From Mobula hypostoma (Eukaryota), in assembly GCF_963921235.1 (NCBI RefSeq), contig NC_086097.1, forward strand, positions 153,576,001 to 153,640,000: a stretch of DNA of 64,000 bases. The letters run 5' to 3'. Below are positions 1 through 11,009 of the stretch, piece after piece. How positions within the stretch are numbered: position 1 is the stretch's first letter; each line of letters begins with the position of its first letter. The position numbers were made by a program, and so were the translations under genes. The notes below the pieces were generated by a model. The model was not told the DNA's origin. It ran no database searches and saw nothing but the letters and a program-made list of their open reading frames with translations.

Positions 1-2015
1 TGAAGACAGAAGCGGGTGAATTTATTAAGGGGAACAAGGAAATGGCAGACGAGTTGAACAGGTACTTTGGATCTGTCTTCACTAGGGAAGACACAAACAA
101 CCTCCCAGATGTAATAGTGGCCAAAGGACCTAGGGTAATGGATGAATTGAAGGAAATTTATATTAGGCAGGAAATGGTGTTGGATAGGCTGTTGGGTCTG
201 AAGGCTGTTAAGTCCACGGGACCTGATGGTCTGCATCGCAGGGTACTTAAGGAGGTGGCTTTAGAAATCGTGGATGCATTGGTAATCATTTTCCAATGTT
301 CTATAGATTCAGGATCAGTTCCTGTGGATTGGAGGGTGGCTAATGTTGTCCCTCTCTTCAAGAAGGGAGGAAGAGAGAAAACAGGGAATTATAGACCGGT
401 TAGCCTGACGTCGGTGGTGGGAAAGATGCTGGAGTCAATTATAAAAGATGAAATTACGACACATCTGGATAGCAGTAACAGGATTGGTCCGAGTCAGCAT
501 GGATTTACGAAGGGGAAATTGTGCTTGACTAATCTTATGAAATTTTTTGAGGATGTAACTATGAAAATGGCAAAGGAGAGCCAGTGGATGTAGTGTACCT
601 GCACTTTCAGAAAGCCTTTGATAAAGTCCCACATAGGAGATTAAGTGGGCAAAATTAGGGCACATGGTATTGGGGGCAGAGTACTGACATGGATTGAAAG
701 TTGGCTGGCTGACAGAAAACAAAGAGTAACAATTAACAGGCCCCTTTCAGAATGGCAGGTGGTGACCAGTGGGGTACTGCAAGGTTCAGTGCTGGGACCG
801 CAGTTGTTTACAATATATATTAATGATTTAGATGAGAGAATTAAAAGTAACATTAGCAAATTTGCCGATGTCACAAAGCTGGGTGGCAGTGTGAAATGTG
901 AGGAGGATGTTATGAGAATGCAGGGTGACTTGTACAGGCTGGATGAGTGGGCAGATGCATGGCAGATGCAGTTTAATGTGGATAAATGTGAGGTTATCCA
1001 CCTTGGTGGTAAGAAGGCAGATTATTATCTAAATGGAGTCAAGTTAGGAAACGGGGAAACACAACGAGATGTAGGTGTTCTTGTACATCAGTCACTGAAA
1101 GTAAGCATACAAGTACAGCAGGCAGTGAAGAAAGCTAATGGCATGCTGGCCTTCATAACAAGGGAAATTGAGTATAAGAGCAAAGAGGTCCTTCTGCAGC
1201 TGTACAGGGCCCTGGTGAGACCACACCTGGAGTACTGTTTTTTAAAACGCAAACAACAGGAATTCTGCAGATGCTGGAAATTCAAGCAACACACATCAAA
1301 GTAGCTGTTGAACGCAGCAGGCCAGGCAGCATCCCTAGGAAGAGGTGCAGTCGACGCTTCGTCACAAAGGGTCTCGGCCCGAAACGTCGACCGTACCTCT
1401 TCCTAGAGATGCTGCCTGGCCTGCTGCGTTCACCAGCTACTTTGATGTGTGTTGCTCGAGTACTGTGTGCAGTTTTGGTCTCCAAATTTAAGGAAGGACA
1501 TTCTTGCTATTGAGGAAGTGCAGCATAGGTTCACAAGGTTAATTCCCGGGATGGTGAGACTGTCATATGTCGAAAGATTGGAGCGACTGGGCTTGTATAC
1601 TCTGGAATTTAGAAGGCTGAGAGGGGATCTTATTGAAACATATAAGATTATTAAGGGATTGCACACGCTGGAGGCAGGAAGCATGTTCCCGCTGATGAGT
1701 GAAACCAGAACAAAGGCCACAGTTTAAGAATAAAGGGTAGGCCATTTAGAACGGAGTTGAGGAAAGGCTTTTTCACCCAGAGAGTGGATATACGGAATGC
1801 TCTGCCCCAGAAGGCTGTGGAGGCCAAGTCTCTGGATGCTTTCAAGAAAGAGATGGATAGAGCTCTTAAAGATAGCGGAATCAAAGGTTATGGGGATAAG
1901 GCAGGAACTGGATACTGATTGTGGATGATCAGCCATGATCACAGTGAATGGCGATGCTGGCTCGAAGGGCCGAATGGCCTACTCCTGCACCTGTTGTCTA
2001 TTGTCTATTGTCTAT
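1..2015 (+). mobile_element. CR1 LINE, 3' part of ORF2 (RT plus C-terminus) and 3' UTR; frameshifted and interrupted by a PLE fragment at 1239-1457
   Basis: ORFs 42-593, 645-1304 and 1449-1727 show CR1 motifs (GPDGLH, NYRPVSLTSVVGK, QHGF, SGVLQGSVLGP, FADVTKL, LVRPHLEYC). Ends in a (TATTGTC)n tail at about 1995-2015. Confidence 0.95.
1239..1457. mobile_element. Fold-back mini-insertion made of Neptune-like PLE pseudo-LTR sequence
   Basis: Inverted arms of about 70 bp (about 1286-1355 vs 1385-1456). Direct repeat GAGTACTGT at 1230-1238 and 1458-1466. The CR1 reading frame resumes after it. Confidence 0.9.
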
Positions 2016-2017
2016 CA

Positions 2018-2320
2018 ACTAGGAGAAGGAAAACTCTGATCTCATACCACCACTGCCTTGCAGCAGTATCCTCATGGGGAAAGCTTCGGGAGTAAACTCC
2101 AAGAAAATATCCAGAGCTGGAGTTCTGAAGGCAGTCCTATATTGAATTAATAACTGACCAGCAACTCTTGTAACACTGGTGTTTCAAAACTGTGTCAGTC
2201 TCTGCCATTCCTTTGCATTCATCAGCTGCATGGGCAACAGCTTGCTGTTCATATTGTACTGCCCTGGCTTGCGTACTGGCCTAGACACAACACTCTTGGT
2301 TAACTGGTTAACCCCAACCA
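2018..2320 (+). mobile_element. Probable RTE-related retroposon fragment
   Basis: Starts with ctaggagaaggaaaactctga, which I recall from RTE-clade 5' regions. No ORF support. Confidence 0.35.
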
Positions 2321-2519
2321 ACTGAGCGCCTCCACTTTTACATAAACTTAACATAAGTTTTACATGGCCGACACAACAAGATGAACATGACAATGTTAGT
2401 ACAAATTGAGAGAGAGAGAAGGGAGTTTACATTTTGTCTGTTTCCTTTTGAAATCCAACTGGATAAATTCAGCCGGACACTTCTTGGATGCGTCTGTTGT
2501 ACAGTATTATGTGAAGTTA

Positions 2520-2760
2520 TGGTTGCTGCATGACAGGAAGGGCACGATTAAGCTAAAGACAGTGTAGACAATATTCACAGGCATGTTGCTTGGATTGGAA
2601 GGCTTGAGTTGTCAGGAGAGATTAATTAGTCTAGGTCTGTTTTCCCTCAAGTAAAGGAGTTGAGAGCAGATACGATGATAATTGATAAAATTATGAGAAG
2701 CATAGATAAGCATGGTAGATAGCCAGTGTCTGTTTCACATGGTAGGAAATATCATGTTCA
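2520..2760 (+). mobile_element. Degraded CR1 ORF2 C-terminal fragment
   Basis: Resembles the FTRMLPGL...LGLFSL...YKIMRGIDR region of other CR1 copies in the window. Confidence 0.65.
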
Positions 2761-2823
2761 TTCAAGTGATGAGGGCTTTGCAGGCTGAGCCAACATTTAA
2801 TGGTCCATCTCAAATTATTCCTG

Positions 2824-3590
2824 AGAACGTAGAATAGGACAGAACAATACAGGCCCTTTGGCTCACAGTGTTGTGCCAGCCTATTAACCAATTCAAGCCC
2901 TTAACTCCAACATATTCTATCATCAATGTGCCTATTTATGGGTTTCTTAAATGTCCCTGATGTATCTGCCTCTACCACTATCCCTGGCAGGGTGCTCCAT
3001 GCACCACCACTCTCTGTGTGAAACATTAACCATTAACATCCCCCTACACTTTCCTCCAATCATCTTAAAATTAAGTCCCCTGGTATTAGCCATTTCCACC
3101 CTGGGAAAAAGTCTCTGGCTGTCCACTCAATTGATGCCTTTTATCATCATCTATACCTGTGGGTAAACCATATATATATATGTTGTAACCAGGTTACCTG
3201 TCTGGACATGCCTGGGCACGCCCCTCTGCTGACTGCCCCTGTGGCTCCTCCCACAGACCCCTGAATAAAGGCGATTGTGTCACTGCTCCTCCCTCAGTCC
3301 AGGACAGATACTCAGCATGGACGTTGGTCCAATTACTGTTAATAAAAGCCTTTCAGTAATTACTCTACTTCCAGTCTTTTGGAGTAATTGATAGTGCATC
3401 AATACCTCTATCGTTACCACTTTATCCTCCTTTACTCCAGAGACAAAAGTCCGAGCTCACTCAAATTATCCTCATAAGACGTGATCTCTAGTACAGGCAG
3501 CATCCTGATAAATCTCTTCCTCACATTCTCTAAAGCTTCCACATCTTTCCTATAATGCGGTAACCAGAACTCAACACAATATTCCAAAGT
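2824..3590 (-). mobile_element. CR1 3' fragment interrupted by a solo LTR
   Basis: ORF 3432-3638 contains LEYCVEFWLPHYRKDVEALE. CR1 3' UTR and tail near 2824-2880. Confidence 0.85.
3158..3401 (+). mobile_element. Solo LTR, 244 bp
   Basis: TG...CA termini, a perfect 5-bp TSD ATACC (3153-3157 and 3402-3406), and internal AATAAA motifs. The CR1 host sequence rejoins when it is removed. Confidence 0.85.
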
Positions 3591-3639
3591 AATGGAAAGC
3601 AGCCCTTTGATCTGCAGCAGTCCTTGAGGTATACCCAAT

Positions 3640-3962
3640 CAGCTGTTAGGGAGAGATTGACCAATATTCAGCGAAAGAATAGTCGCATGTAAGGATGATA
3701 TGTGTCCTGGAGGACAACTTCAAGGTGGTAATATTCCCAAGCTTTTTCTGTTCTTGTCCTTCTAAAGGAAAGGAACTGTGGTCTGAATGTTACTGTTTAA
3801 TGTGTCTTGGTGAGTTGCCACAGTGCATCCTGTAGATGGTACAGGTTGATGCTACTTAGGATGGAGGTGGAGTGAGTGAATGGCTGTAGATGGGGTGACA
3901 TTTAGTGTGTTGCTATGTCCTGTACGGTGTCAAATCTCTTGAATGTTGTTGAAGCTGCACAC
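3640..3962 (-). mobile_element. Old elasmobranch LINE fragment (L2/CR1 group)
   Basis: Recalled similarity to an abundant shark and ray LINE (ttggtgagttgccacagtgcatcctgtagatggtac...gttgttgaagctgcac). No ORF. Confidence 0.5.
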
Positions 3963-3964
3963 TA

Positions 3965-4177
3965 ACAAGAGTCTAAAGTGGAGGGGCATAGCTTTAAGAG
4001 AGAAGGAAGAAGTTTAAAGGAGATCTGAGGGGTAGATACTTGACTTATAGAATGATTGGTATTTAGAGTAAGCTGTCACAGGAAACAGTGGAGGCAGGAA
4101 CAATTACAACACTTAAGAGGCATCTGGATGGTTATTTCAATGAGCAGGGCACAAAAGGATATGGAATTAGTGGTATT
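3965..4177 (+). mobile_element. CR1 3' end fragment; its last 71 bp are duplicated at 6170-6240
   Basis: Shows the GHSFK...KFKGDLRG type CR1 terminus. Confidence 0.75.
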
Positions 4178-4186
4178 GGTAATGGT

Positions 4187-6169
4187 CACAAACAAGAGGA
4201 AATCTGCAGATGCTGGAAATCCAAACAGCCCACACAAACTGCTGAAGGAACTCAGTAGGCCAGGCAGCATCTATGGAAAAAAAGTACAGTCAATATTTCG
4301 GCCGAGGCCCTTTGACAGGACTGGAGAAACAAAGATGGGGAGTAGATTTGAAGGTGGCGGGAGGGGAGAGAGAAGCACAAAGTGGTAGGTGAAGCAGGGA
4401 GCGGGAGGGATGAAGTAAAGAGCTGAGAAGTTGATTGGTGAAAGAGAAGGGGGTCTAAAGGAGAGGACAGAAGGCCATGGAAGAAAGAAGAGGGGAGAGG
4501 AGCACCAGAGGAGGTGAAGGGCAGACAAGGAGATAAGGTGGGAGAGGAAGGGGCCGGGGAATGGTGGTGGGGTTGGGGCATTACCAGAGGTTTGAAAAAT
4601 CGATGTTCATGCCTTTAGGTTGGAGGCTACCCAGACAGAATATACCTGAGTGTGGCCTCATTCCAACAGTAAAGGAGACCATGGATTGACATATCGGAAT
4701 GGGAATGGGAAGTGGAATTAAAAAGGGTGGCTACTGGGAGATCCCAGTTTTTCAGGCGGACGGAGCGTAGGTGCTCAGCGAAGCGGTCTCCCAATCTACA
4801 TTGAGTCCCAGCGACATACCGGAGGCTACACCGGGAGCACTGGACACAGTATGTGACCCCAACAGACTCACAGGTGAAGTGTCACCTCATCTGGAAGGAC
4901 TGTTTGGGACCCTGAATGGTAGTGAGGGAGGAGGAGGTGTAGGGGCATGTTCAGCTTGCTAAGAGGGAGATCAGTGGGAGGGATGAACGGACAAGAGAGT
5001 CAGGTAGGGAGTGATCCCAATGGAAACAGAAAGTGAGGGGGAGGAAAGATGTGCTTGGTGGTGGGATCCAATTGAAGATGGCAAAAATTATGGAGAATTA
5101 TGTGCTGGATGTGGAGGCTGGAGGGGTGGTAGATGAGGACGAGGAACCCTATCCTAGTAGGGTGGCAGGAGGGTGGAGTGAGAGCAGACATGTGTGAAAT
5201 GGAAGAGATTCAGTTGAGGGCAGCGTTGATGGTGGAGCAAGGGAAGCCACTTCCTTTGATAAAGGAAGACATCTCCTTCAATCTGGAATGAAAAGCCTTA
5301 TCCTGAGAGCAGTTGTGGAGGAGATGGAGGGACTAAGTGAAGGGGATGGCATTTTTACACAGGGTGGGAAGAGGTTATAGTCAAGGTAGCTGTGAGAGTC
5401 CGTGCGTTTATAATAGACATCTGTGGATAAGCTATCTCCAGAGCTAGAGATTGAGAAAAGGGAGTGAGATGTTGGAAATGGACCAGGTAAATTTGAGGGC
5501 AGGGTGGAAGTTGGAGGGAAAGTGGATGAAGTCAACGAGTTCAGCATGGGTGCAGGAAGCAGCACCAATTCAGTCATCGATGCAGCGTAGGAAAATTGCG
5601 GGATGTATACCAGTGTAGGTTTGAAGCATAGATCGTTCCACGTAGCCAACTAAAAGGCAGGCATAGCTGGGACCCATGCAAGTACCCATGGCTATGCATT
5701 TTGTTTGAAGGAACTGGGAGGAGCCAATAGAAAAATCATTGAGAGTGAGGACAAGTTCCACTAGATGGAGGAGAGTGGTGGTGGAGTGGAACTGGTTGGG
5801 TCTGGTGTCCAAATAGAAATGGAGATCTTTGAGGCCTTCCTGGTGGGGGATAGAGGTGTATAGGGATTGAGCATCCATAGTGAAAATAAGATAATGGGGG
5901 CCAGGAAACTTGAAATTATTGAAAAAATCCAGAGCGTGTGAAGTGTCACAGATGTAGGTAGGAAGGGATTGAACCAGTGGGGGATAAAACAGAGTTGAGG
6001 TATGCAGATATGAGTTCAGTGGGGCAGGAACAAGCTGAAACAACTGGTCTACCTGGACAAGCAGTTTTGTAGATCTTGAATAAGAGGTAGAAATGGGAGG
6101 TCCGGGGCATGGGAACTATAAGGTTGCTGGCAGTAGAAAGGAGATCCCAAGAGCTAATAAAGTCGGTGG
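4187..6169 (-). mobile_element. Neptune-like Penelope element, 5'-truncated and decayed (RT, GIY-YIG, pLTR)
   Basis: Minus-strand ORFs 5946-6215 and 5570-6043 (FYLLFKIYK, GRPVVS, MDAQSLYTSIP, AMGTCMGPSYA, RCIDD). Colinear with the copy at 18102-19969. Confidence 0.93.
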
Positions 6170-6240
6170 CAACATTTAAGAGCCATCTGGATGGTTCCTT
6201 CAATGAGTAAGGCACAAAAGTAAATGGAAATAGTGGTATT

Positions 6241-6600
6241 CATCTTGGTATTGGTTTAGTGTTGTTGCACATACAAGTGAAAAGCCTGTCTTACATGCTG
6301 TTCATACTGATCACTGAGGCAGAACAATAATAAATGCAGAATAAAATGTAAAAGCTGCTGAAAGAATGTAATGTGGGTAAACGATAAAGTGCAAAATGGT
6401 AACAAGGTAGATTGTGAGGCCAGAGTCCATCTTAAAGTACCAGAGGTCTGATAACAGTGGGATAGAAACTGTCGTTGAGCCTGCTGGTATGTACTTTCAT
6501 GCTTTTGTATCTTCTCTCCAATAAGGAAATGGAGAAGAGAGAATGTCAGGGTTGGATGAGGCCATTGATTTATTCTGGCCGTTTTACTGAGGTAGTGGAT
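6241..6600 (-). mobile_element. Rex1/Babar-like LINE 3' fragment
   Basis: Tail ggtattggttt... and agaaactgtcgttgagcctgctggta resemble other minus-strand Rex1-like ends in the window. Confidence 0.55.
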
Positions 6601-6956
6601 GCAGGTGTGGGATTAATATAAATAGGCAGAATGCTTGGCTTTGACTTAGTGAGCCAAAGGGCCTGTTTCTCTATAGAACTCTATGATTTTTGTCAGTGAC
6701 TTAGTTCAGAGTGATTGAAATTTTTTTAGTGTAATTTGCACATATAACAATGTCAGCAGATGTATATGATGCTTATTTTTAGTTTACTAATAAAATTGAA
6801 ATAATAATATACAACCTGTCCTCTTTCATTTTAGCTGTCTGGAAAACAGGCAGCAAATTCTATAGTAAATTTCTTAAATGTGAATTAAATAGTTCCCAAT
6901 GGGACATCAATATCTAGCTGTCTGCATCTATCTATCTGACTTTAATGTTCTATATA

Positions 6957-8085
6957 CAGTTCCGGTTATCTGGGCCATCGGTTAACTAGAGAAACTATAA
7001 AAGAACAAAAACTCATGGAGAAAATAACTAGGGTTCTCTTAGTTTACTTGGGAAGCTATGGTGTTTAATTGGGATAGGAGACTGTGCCTAACAGTTTCGA
7101 ACTAGCGTCATTTGCGTGCATGAATGCGGCTGTAAGACACTACACCGTGCTCAGAGTGAGCAGTTTTTAAATAGGCCAGGCAGCATCTAGGAAAAGAAGT
7201 AAAGAGCTGGGAAGAGCTTCCATGGCCTTCTGTCTCTTTTACCAATTCAGTTCCTAGATTTTTTACTTCAACCCCTCTCCTGTCAGTTTTCACCTATCAC
7301 CTTATGTTTCTCTCCACCCACCTTTTTAATCTACTCCTCAGCAAATTTTCTCTAGTCCTGCCAAAGGGTTTCAGCCCAAAACGTTGTCTGTACCCTTTTC
7401 CTAGATGCTGCCTGGCCTGCCAAGTTGCTCTAGCATTTTGTGTGTGTTGCTCACATTTGCAGCATTTGCAGATTTTCTCTTGTTTGAGTTTTTAAATAGC
7501 ATCAATTGTGAGTGTTTGTGTTCAAAAAACAGCTTTTTTTTGTCACTTTTAGTTGGCGAGAATTAAACAGTAAGACAATTCAGAACTGTTTTGCACACTG
7601 CGGTTTCAAGCATTTGGGTTTGGAGATGCCAGAAAATAAGACACTTCCACTCCTTCAACAAGTTAGAATCTATGACGAATTTAAAGACATCAACAATCAT
7701 CTTGAATGTTATAATGAAAATGAAGATTTAGAATTTGCAGTCGTCAAAAGGCTCATCAGAAGCCAGTCCATTATCTACACTAATTTTGTTAATTTATAGT
7801 CAATCAAAAGAACTCGGCAGCATACACCACATTAGTTCCTCCATTGATGACTATTAGGAACTAATACACAGTTTTATGGTACTGTAGTAGTATTGAAAGT
7901 GTTTTGATTTGTTTTGTTTTTCATTTAAATAGATAATTTGTCACTCATTCAAACGGTAGCCTAATGTTTTTATACCTTATTCTTTGTTTATGCCTATCTA
8001 TTTCCGTGAAACTTTGGCTAATTGACACAGCCGCTTAATTTGGCCAAAACGTACTGGCCTCAATGTGTCCTAATTAACTGGAATA
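6957..8085 (+). mobile_element. Tigger/pogo non-autonomous DNA transposon, decayed
   Basis: ORF 7512-7799 contains SWRELNSKTIQNCFAHCGF (Tigger transposase C-terminal motif). Imperfect inverted ends ttccggttatctggg / cctaattaactggaa next to TA. Confidence 0.7.
7175..7486. mobile_element. PLE pLTR insertion with a short inverted 5' arm, nested in the Tigger
   Basis: 13-bp direct repeat AGTTTTTAAATAG at 7162-7174 and 7487-7499. Decayed hammerhead at 7353-7390. Confidence 0.85.
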
Positions 8086-8273
8086 TATCATTATAGGGTC
8101 TCATATTACAACTGCACATTGTCAAGGCAACCTTTTTACAGCAGTGAGCCCAATCCTCCGAGTGTCTTAGGCATAGGTATTAAACACAGAGATATGGTAA
8201 TTGTCTTTACACACTGAAGCTGCATTTTCCTCCTCATTTTCCTCACTTCCATAGCAGCCTTTTGTAAGGATCA

Positions 8274-8516
8274 ACACAAATCAAAGTTGCTGGTGAACGC
8301 AGCAGGCCAGGCAGCATCTCTAGGAAGAGGTACAGTCGACGTTTTGGGCCAAGATCTCTTACTAGCTCTTCCTTCAGTTAGTCCTGACGAAGGGTCTCGG
8401 CCCAAAACGTTGACTGTACCTCTTCCTAGAGATGCTGCCTGACCTGCTGCGTTCACCAGCAACTTTGATGTGTGTCGCTTGAATTTCCAGCATCTGCAGA
8501 ATTCCTAGTGTTTACA
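8274..8516. mobile_element. Fold-back mini-PLE (pLTR only)
   Basis: 14-bp TSD TTTTGTAAGGATCA at 8260-8273 and 8517-8530. Inverted arms of about 80 bp (8274-8354 vs 8395-8475). Confidence 0.92.
8379..8416 (+). ncRNA. Minimal type I hammerhead ribozyme motif with mutated core (G12 to A; GTT at the cleavage triplet)
   Basis: TAGTC-CTGACGA-AGGGTCTCGGCCC-AAAA-CG-TT-GACTG. Confidence 0.7.
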
Positions 8517-8779
8517 TTTTGTAAGGATCATCTCTGCTTCCCAATTATTTCTCTGCAGGCCACAGTTATAAGCATTAAAGACAGCAAGAGTAAGTTTTCT
8601 CTCCCATCTTTTTCCACAATTTCTCTTAATAGAGAAAGAGGATATTCAAGCCATCAAAACTACAGTATAGCTGCCTGTCACCCCAAAAGGATATCCACAC
8701 TAGAACCTGACAAGAAATGAACACACATCAAAATGGTGAATCTCGATTTCTGGGCAGCAAAGCAGTTTTGCAGTCAAGG

Positions 8780-9165
8780 GGGGGAGACTTGATAGAAGTT
8801 TATACAATTATAAGAGACATGGAGTAGACGGCTGCTATCTTTCTCTCAGGCTCAAAATGTCTGGTTCTAGAGGACATACACTTAAGGTATGAGTAGGAAA
8901 ATTCAAAGGAGATGTGTGGGGCAAATTTTTACACGGAGAGTGATGAATGCCCAGAGTGGACAGCCAGGAATGGCAGTGAAGGGAAACACGATAGATGCAT
9001 ATAAAAGACTCTTAGAGAGGTACGTAAATATTGAGAGAATGGAGGGATATGGACTACATGCAGTCAGAACAGATTAGAATTCATTAGCTTAATTAATTCT
9101 GCACATCATGGGCTGAAGGGCTTGTTCCTAATGCTATGTTGTGCTGTTCTATGTTCTATGCTCTG
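8780..9165 (+). mobile_element. CR1 3' fragment
   Basis: GDLIEVY...RGHTLKV type terminus and a (tatgttc)n tail. Confidence 0.8.
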
Positions 9166-9199
9166 ATTGTTGTGGAAAAAAGACTTACTGGTGAAATGT

Positions 9200-9520
9200 A
9201 GAAAGCTGATTAGGGTAATAAAATATTTTTAATTAGTTTGGCTGTTGGTTGATGAATAAATGTTTGCAGAACATTGGGGATATCTTCTGTGTTCTGTGCT
9301 GGAACCATGTCAGGTGACCACCGTCATTCACCTGAGAGAGTAAATGGAACGTTGGTTTAACCTGTCTGCTGAGAGATGGCAATTTCAGCATGTCATTCTC
9401 CTGTATTGCACTGGAGAACTAACCTAGAATTTTTATGCTCAAGTCTCCAGGAATAGATAACTTGAATAATTTTAAGTGTCAAGTTTTAGCACTTTTATCC
9501 ACTCACTGAGACTCCACTGA
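9200..9520 (-). mobile_element. Ancient DeuSINE-like (SacSINE1/AmnSINE1 group) relic
   Basis: Ordered motifs cacctgagag...ggtttaac...tgcactggag...cctaga...tgctcaagtctc match my recollection of the shark DeuSINE in reverse orientation. Confidence 0.6.
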
Positions 9521-10543
9521 TTTTACAGTTTTAACGAAAGCCTTGTTTTATGGTGAATTTAAGCACAATCAAAACTGTTGTTGCTAACACACCCAAGCTC
9601 ATTTTAAACTATGGTGCAATGATCAACCAATAAGATGATCCATTAACTGCCACAACTATACCCCCTTATCAAGAAGGGTTTATCTTTAAATATTTCACGG
9701 TGACATCTGTCAGCTCAGCTGTAGGGAAACATGCTTCTCTTGGGTTTTATTGTTATTGATTGTTACTGCTGGAGATCAAAAGGATACAATATCTATTAGC
9801 TTGTACAAATAACCAGAGCAAACCTCCCCTTGTTAGAGGGGAAGGTAAAAAGTGCTTTGGAGTATAAATAAAGAGACTTGATAGTTTGGCAAAGGTATCA
9901 TTGAAATTCAGGATGCTTTTCATCTAAACAGTATAGTTTTGAAGAATTGTGATAGAGGGCACAGTGAAAAATGACCTAGATCTTTAACCCTTGAAAACAA
10001 CATAGAATACCAAACTGTGCCTGACAGAGACAGAAAGATCCATTTACAAATTGTAGAGTTCCACCGCATTATTAGTTTTAGTTGTTTTTATTAAATTTGT
10101 AGCTACAAAGAAACAAAATTAGTTGATATAAAATTGATATTCTAAGCAAGATTTAGGTCAACATACTTGTGTTTCTTCTGTAACTTGGTGTCAAACTTTG
10201 CCTAATTATCTTCCTAAGAAACAGCTTGGATTGCCTTGCTGTGTTATAAATCTTACTTATTGCATTTGGTTTTGATTGTCCCCTGTAGCAGGTCTCCCAA
10301 CAGACGAGTGCTGACCTATGAGATCACAAACTAATTGTAATGAAGGAGGCCATTTATCTTAACAGTTCATCCATTATAGATGCTCAAATGTAGTTTTGTA
10401 ACTGATCCCAGTATTTTCAATTTCATTGCACAATCTGGAAATCCAGATAAATGAGCATGCATCTTGCTCTAGGACAGCTGCACAACTCTGAAGATCAGTT
10501 CATAACATCCACTAGTCCATTCAAAACCAAATGATAGATACTC

Positions 10544-10888
10544 TGTGACGCTCTGGGGGGAATGTGGTCGACAGCCCGCCCCTGCATTTCTAATGACCAG
10601 TACTGTTTATTGTCCTTGTGTTAAAATGCATTTGTGTAATTATGGTGAGAAGTTCCAGTTCATTTATTGTCACATTTTAGCTTGGGTTATGCAGTTATTT
10701 GCTTGTGTATTTGTGGGTCACCCTAACTGTAACTGTGGTGTTGATGGTCACTTCCCCATCTGTTTGAGACTGGTTGGGTTCACTCTCTGGATCATGGTGC
10801 CCAGTCTGTTTTGTGTTTATCACAATAAAACGGTTATTGAATTCAACGAGCTTCTTTGTCTGTCATTATGGACCAAATGCTTGCCACA
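10544..10888 (+). mobile_element. Possible solo LTR
   Basis: TGTG...CACA termini, AATAAA at about 10824, and more CpG than the flanks. No TSD found. Confidence 0.4.
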
Positions 10889-11009
10889 AAATTGAATATA
10901 GGAGTGGGAGTAGGTCACTCGCACTCCTATGAGAAAGTTATACAATGTTCTGCAGTAATGACTGATCATCTAAATTCAGTTCTCTCTGCTAACTTTTTTG
11001 CTATATTGT

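Noticed and set aside
8271..8462. Repeated small ORF MLVNAAGQAASLGRGTVDVSGRDP (also at 18151, 41500, 52436)
   Set aside because: It is the antisense translation of the PLE pLTR and ribozyme. Starts and lengths are inconsistent between copies.
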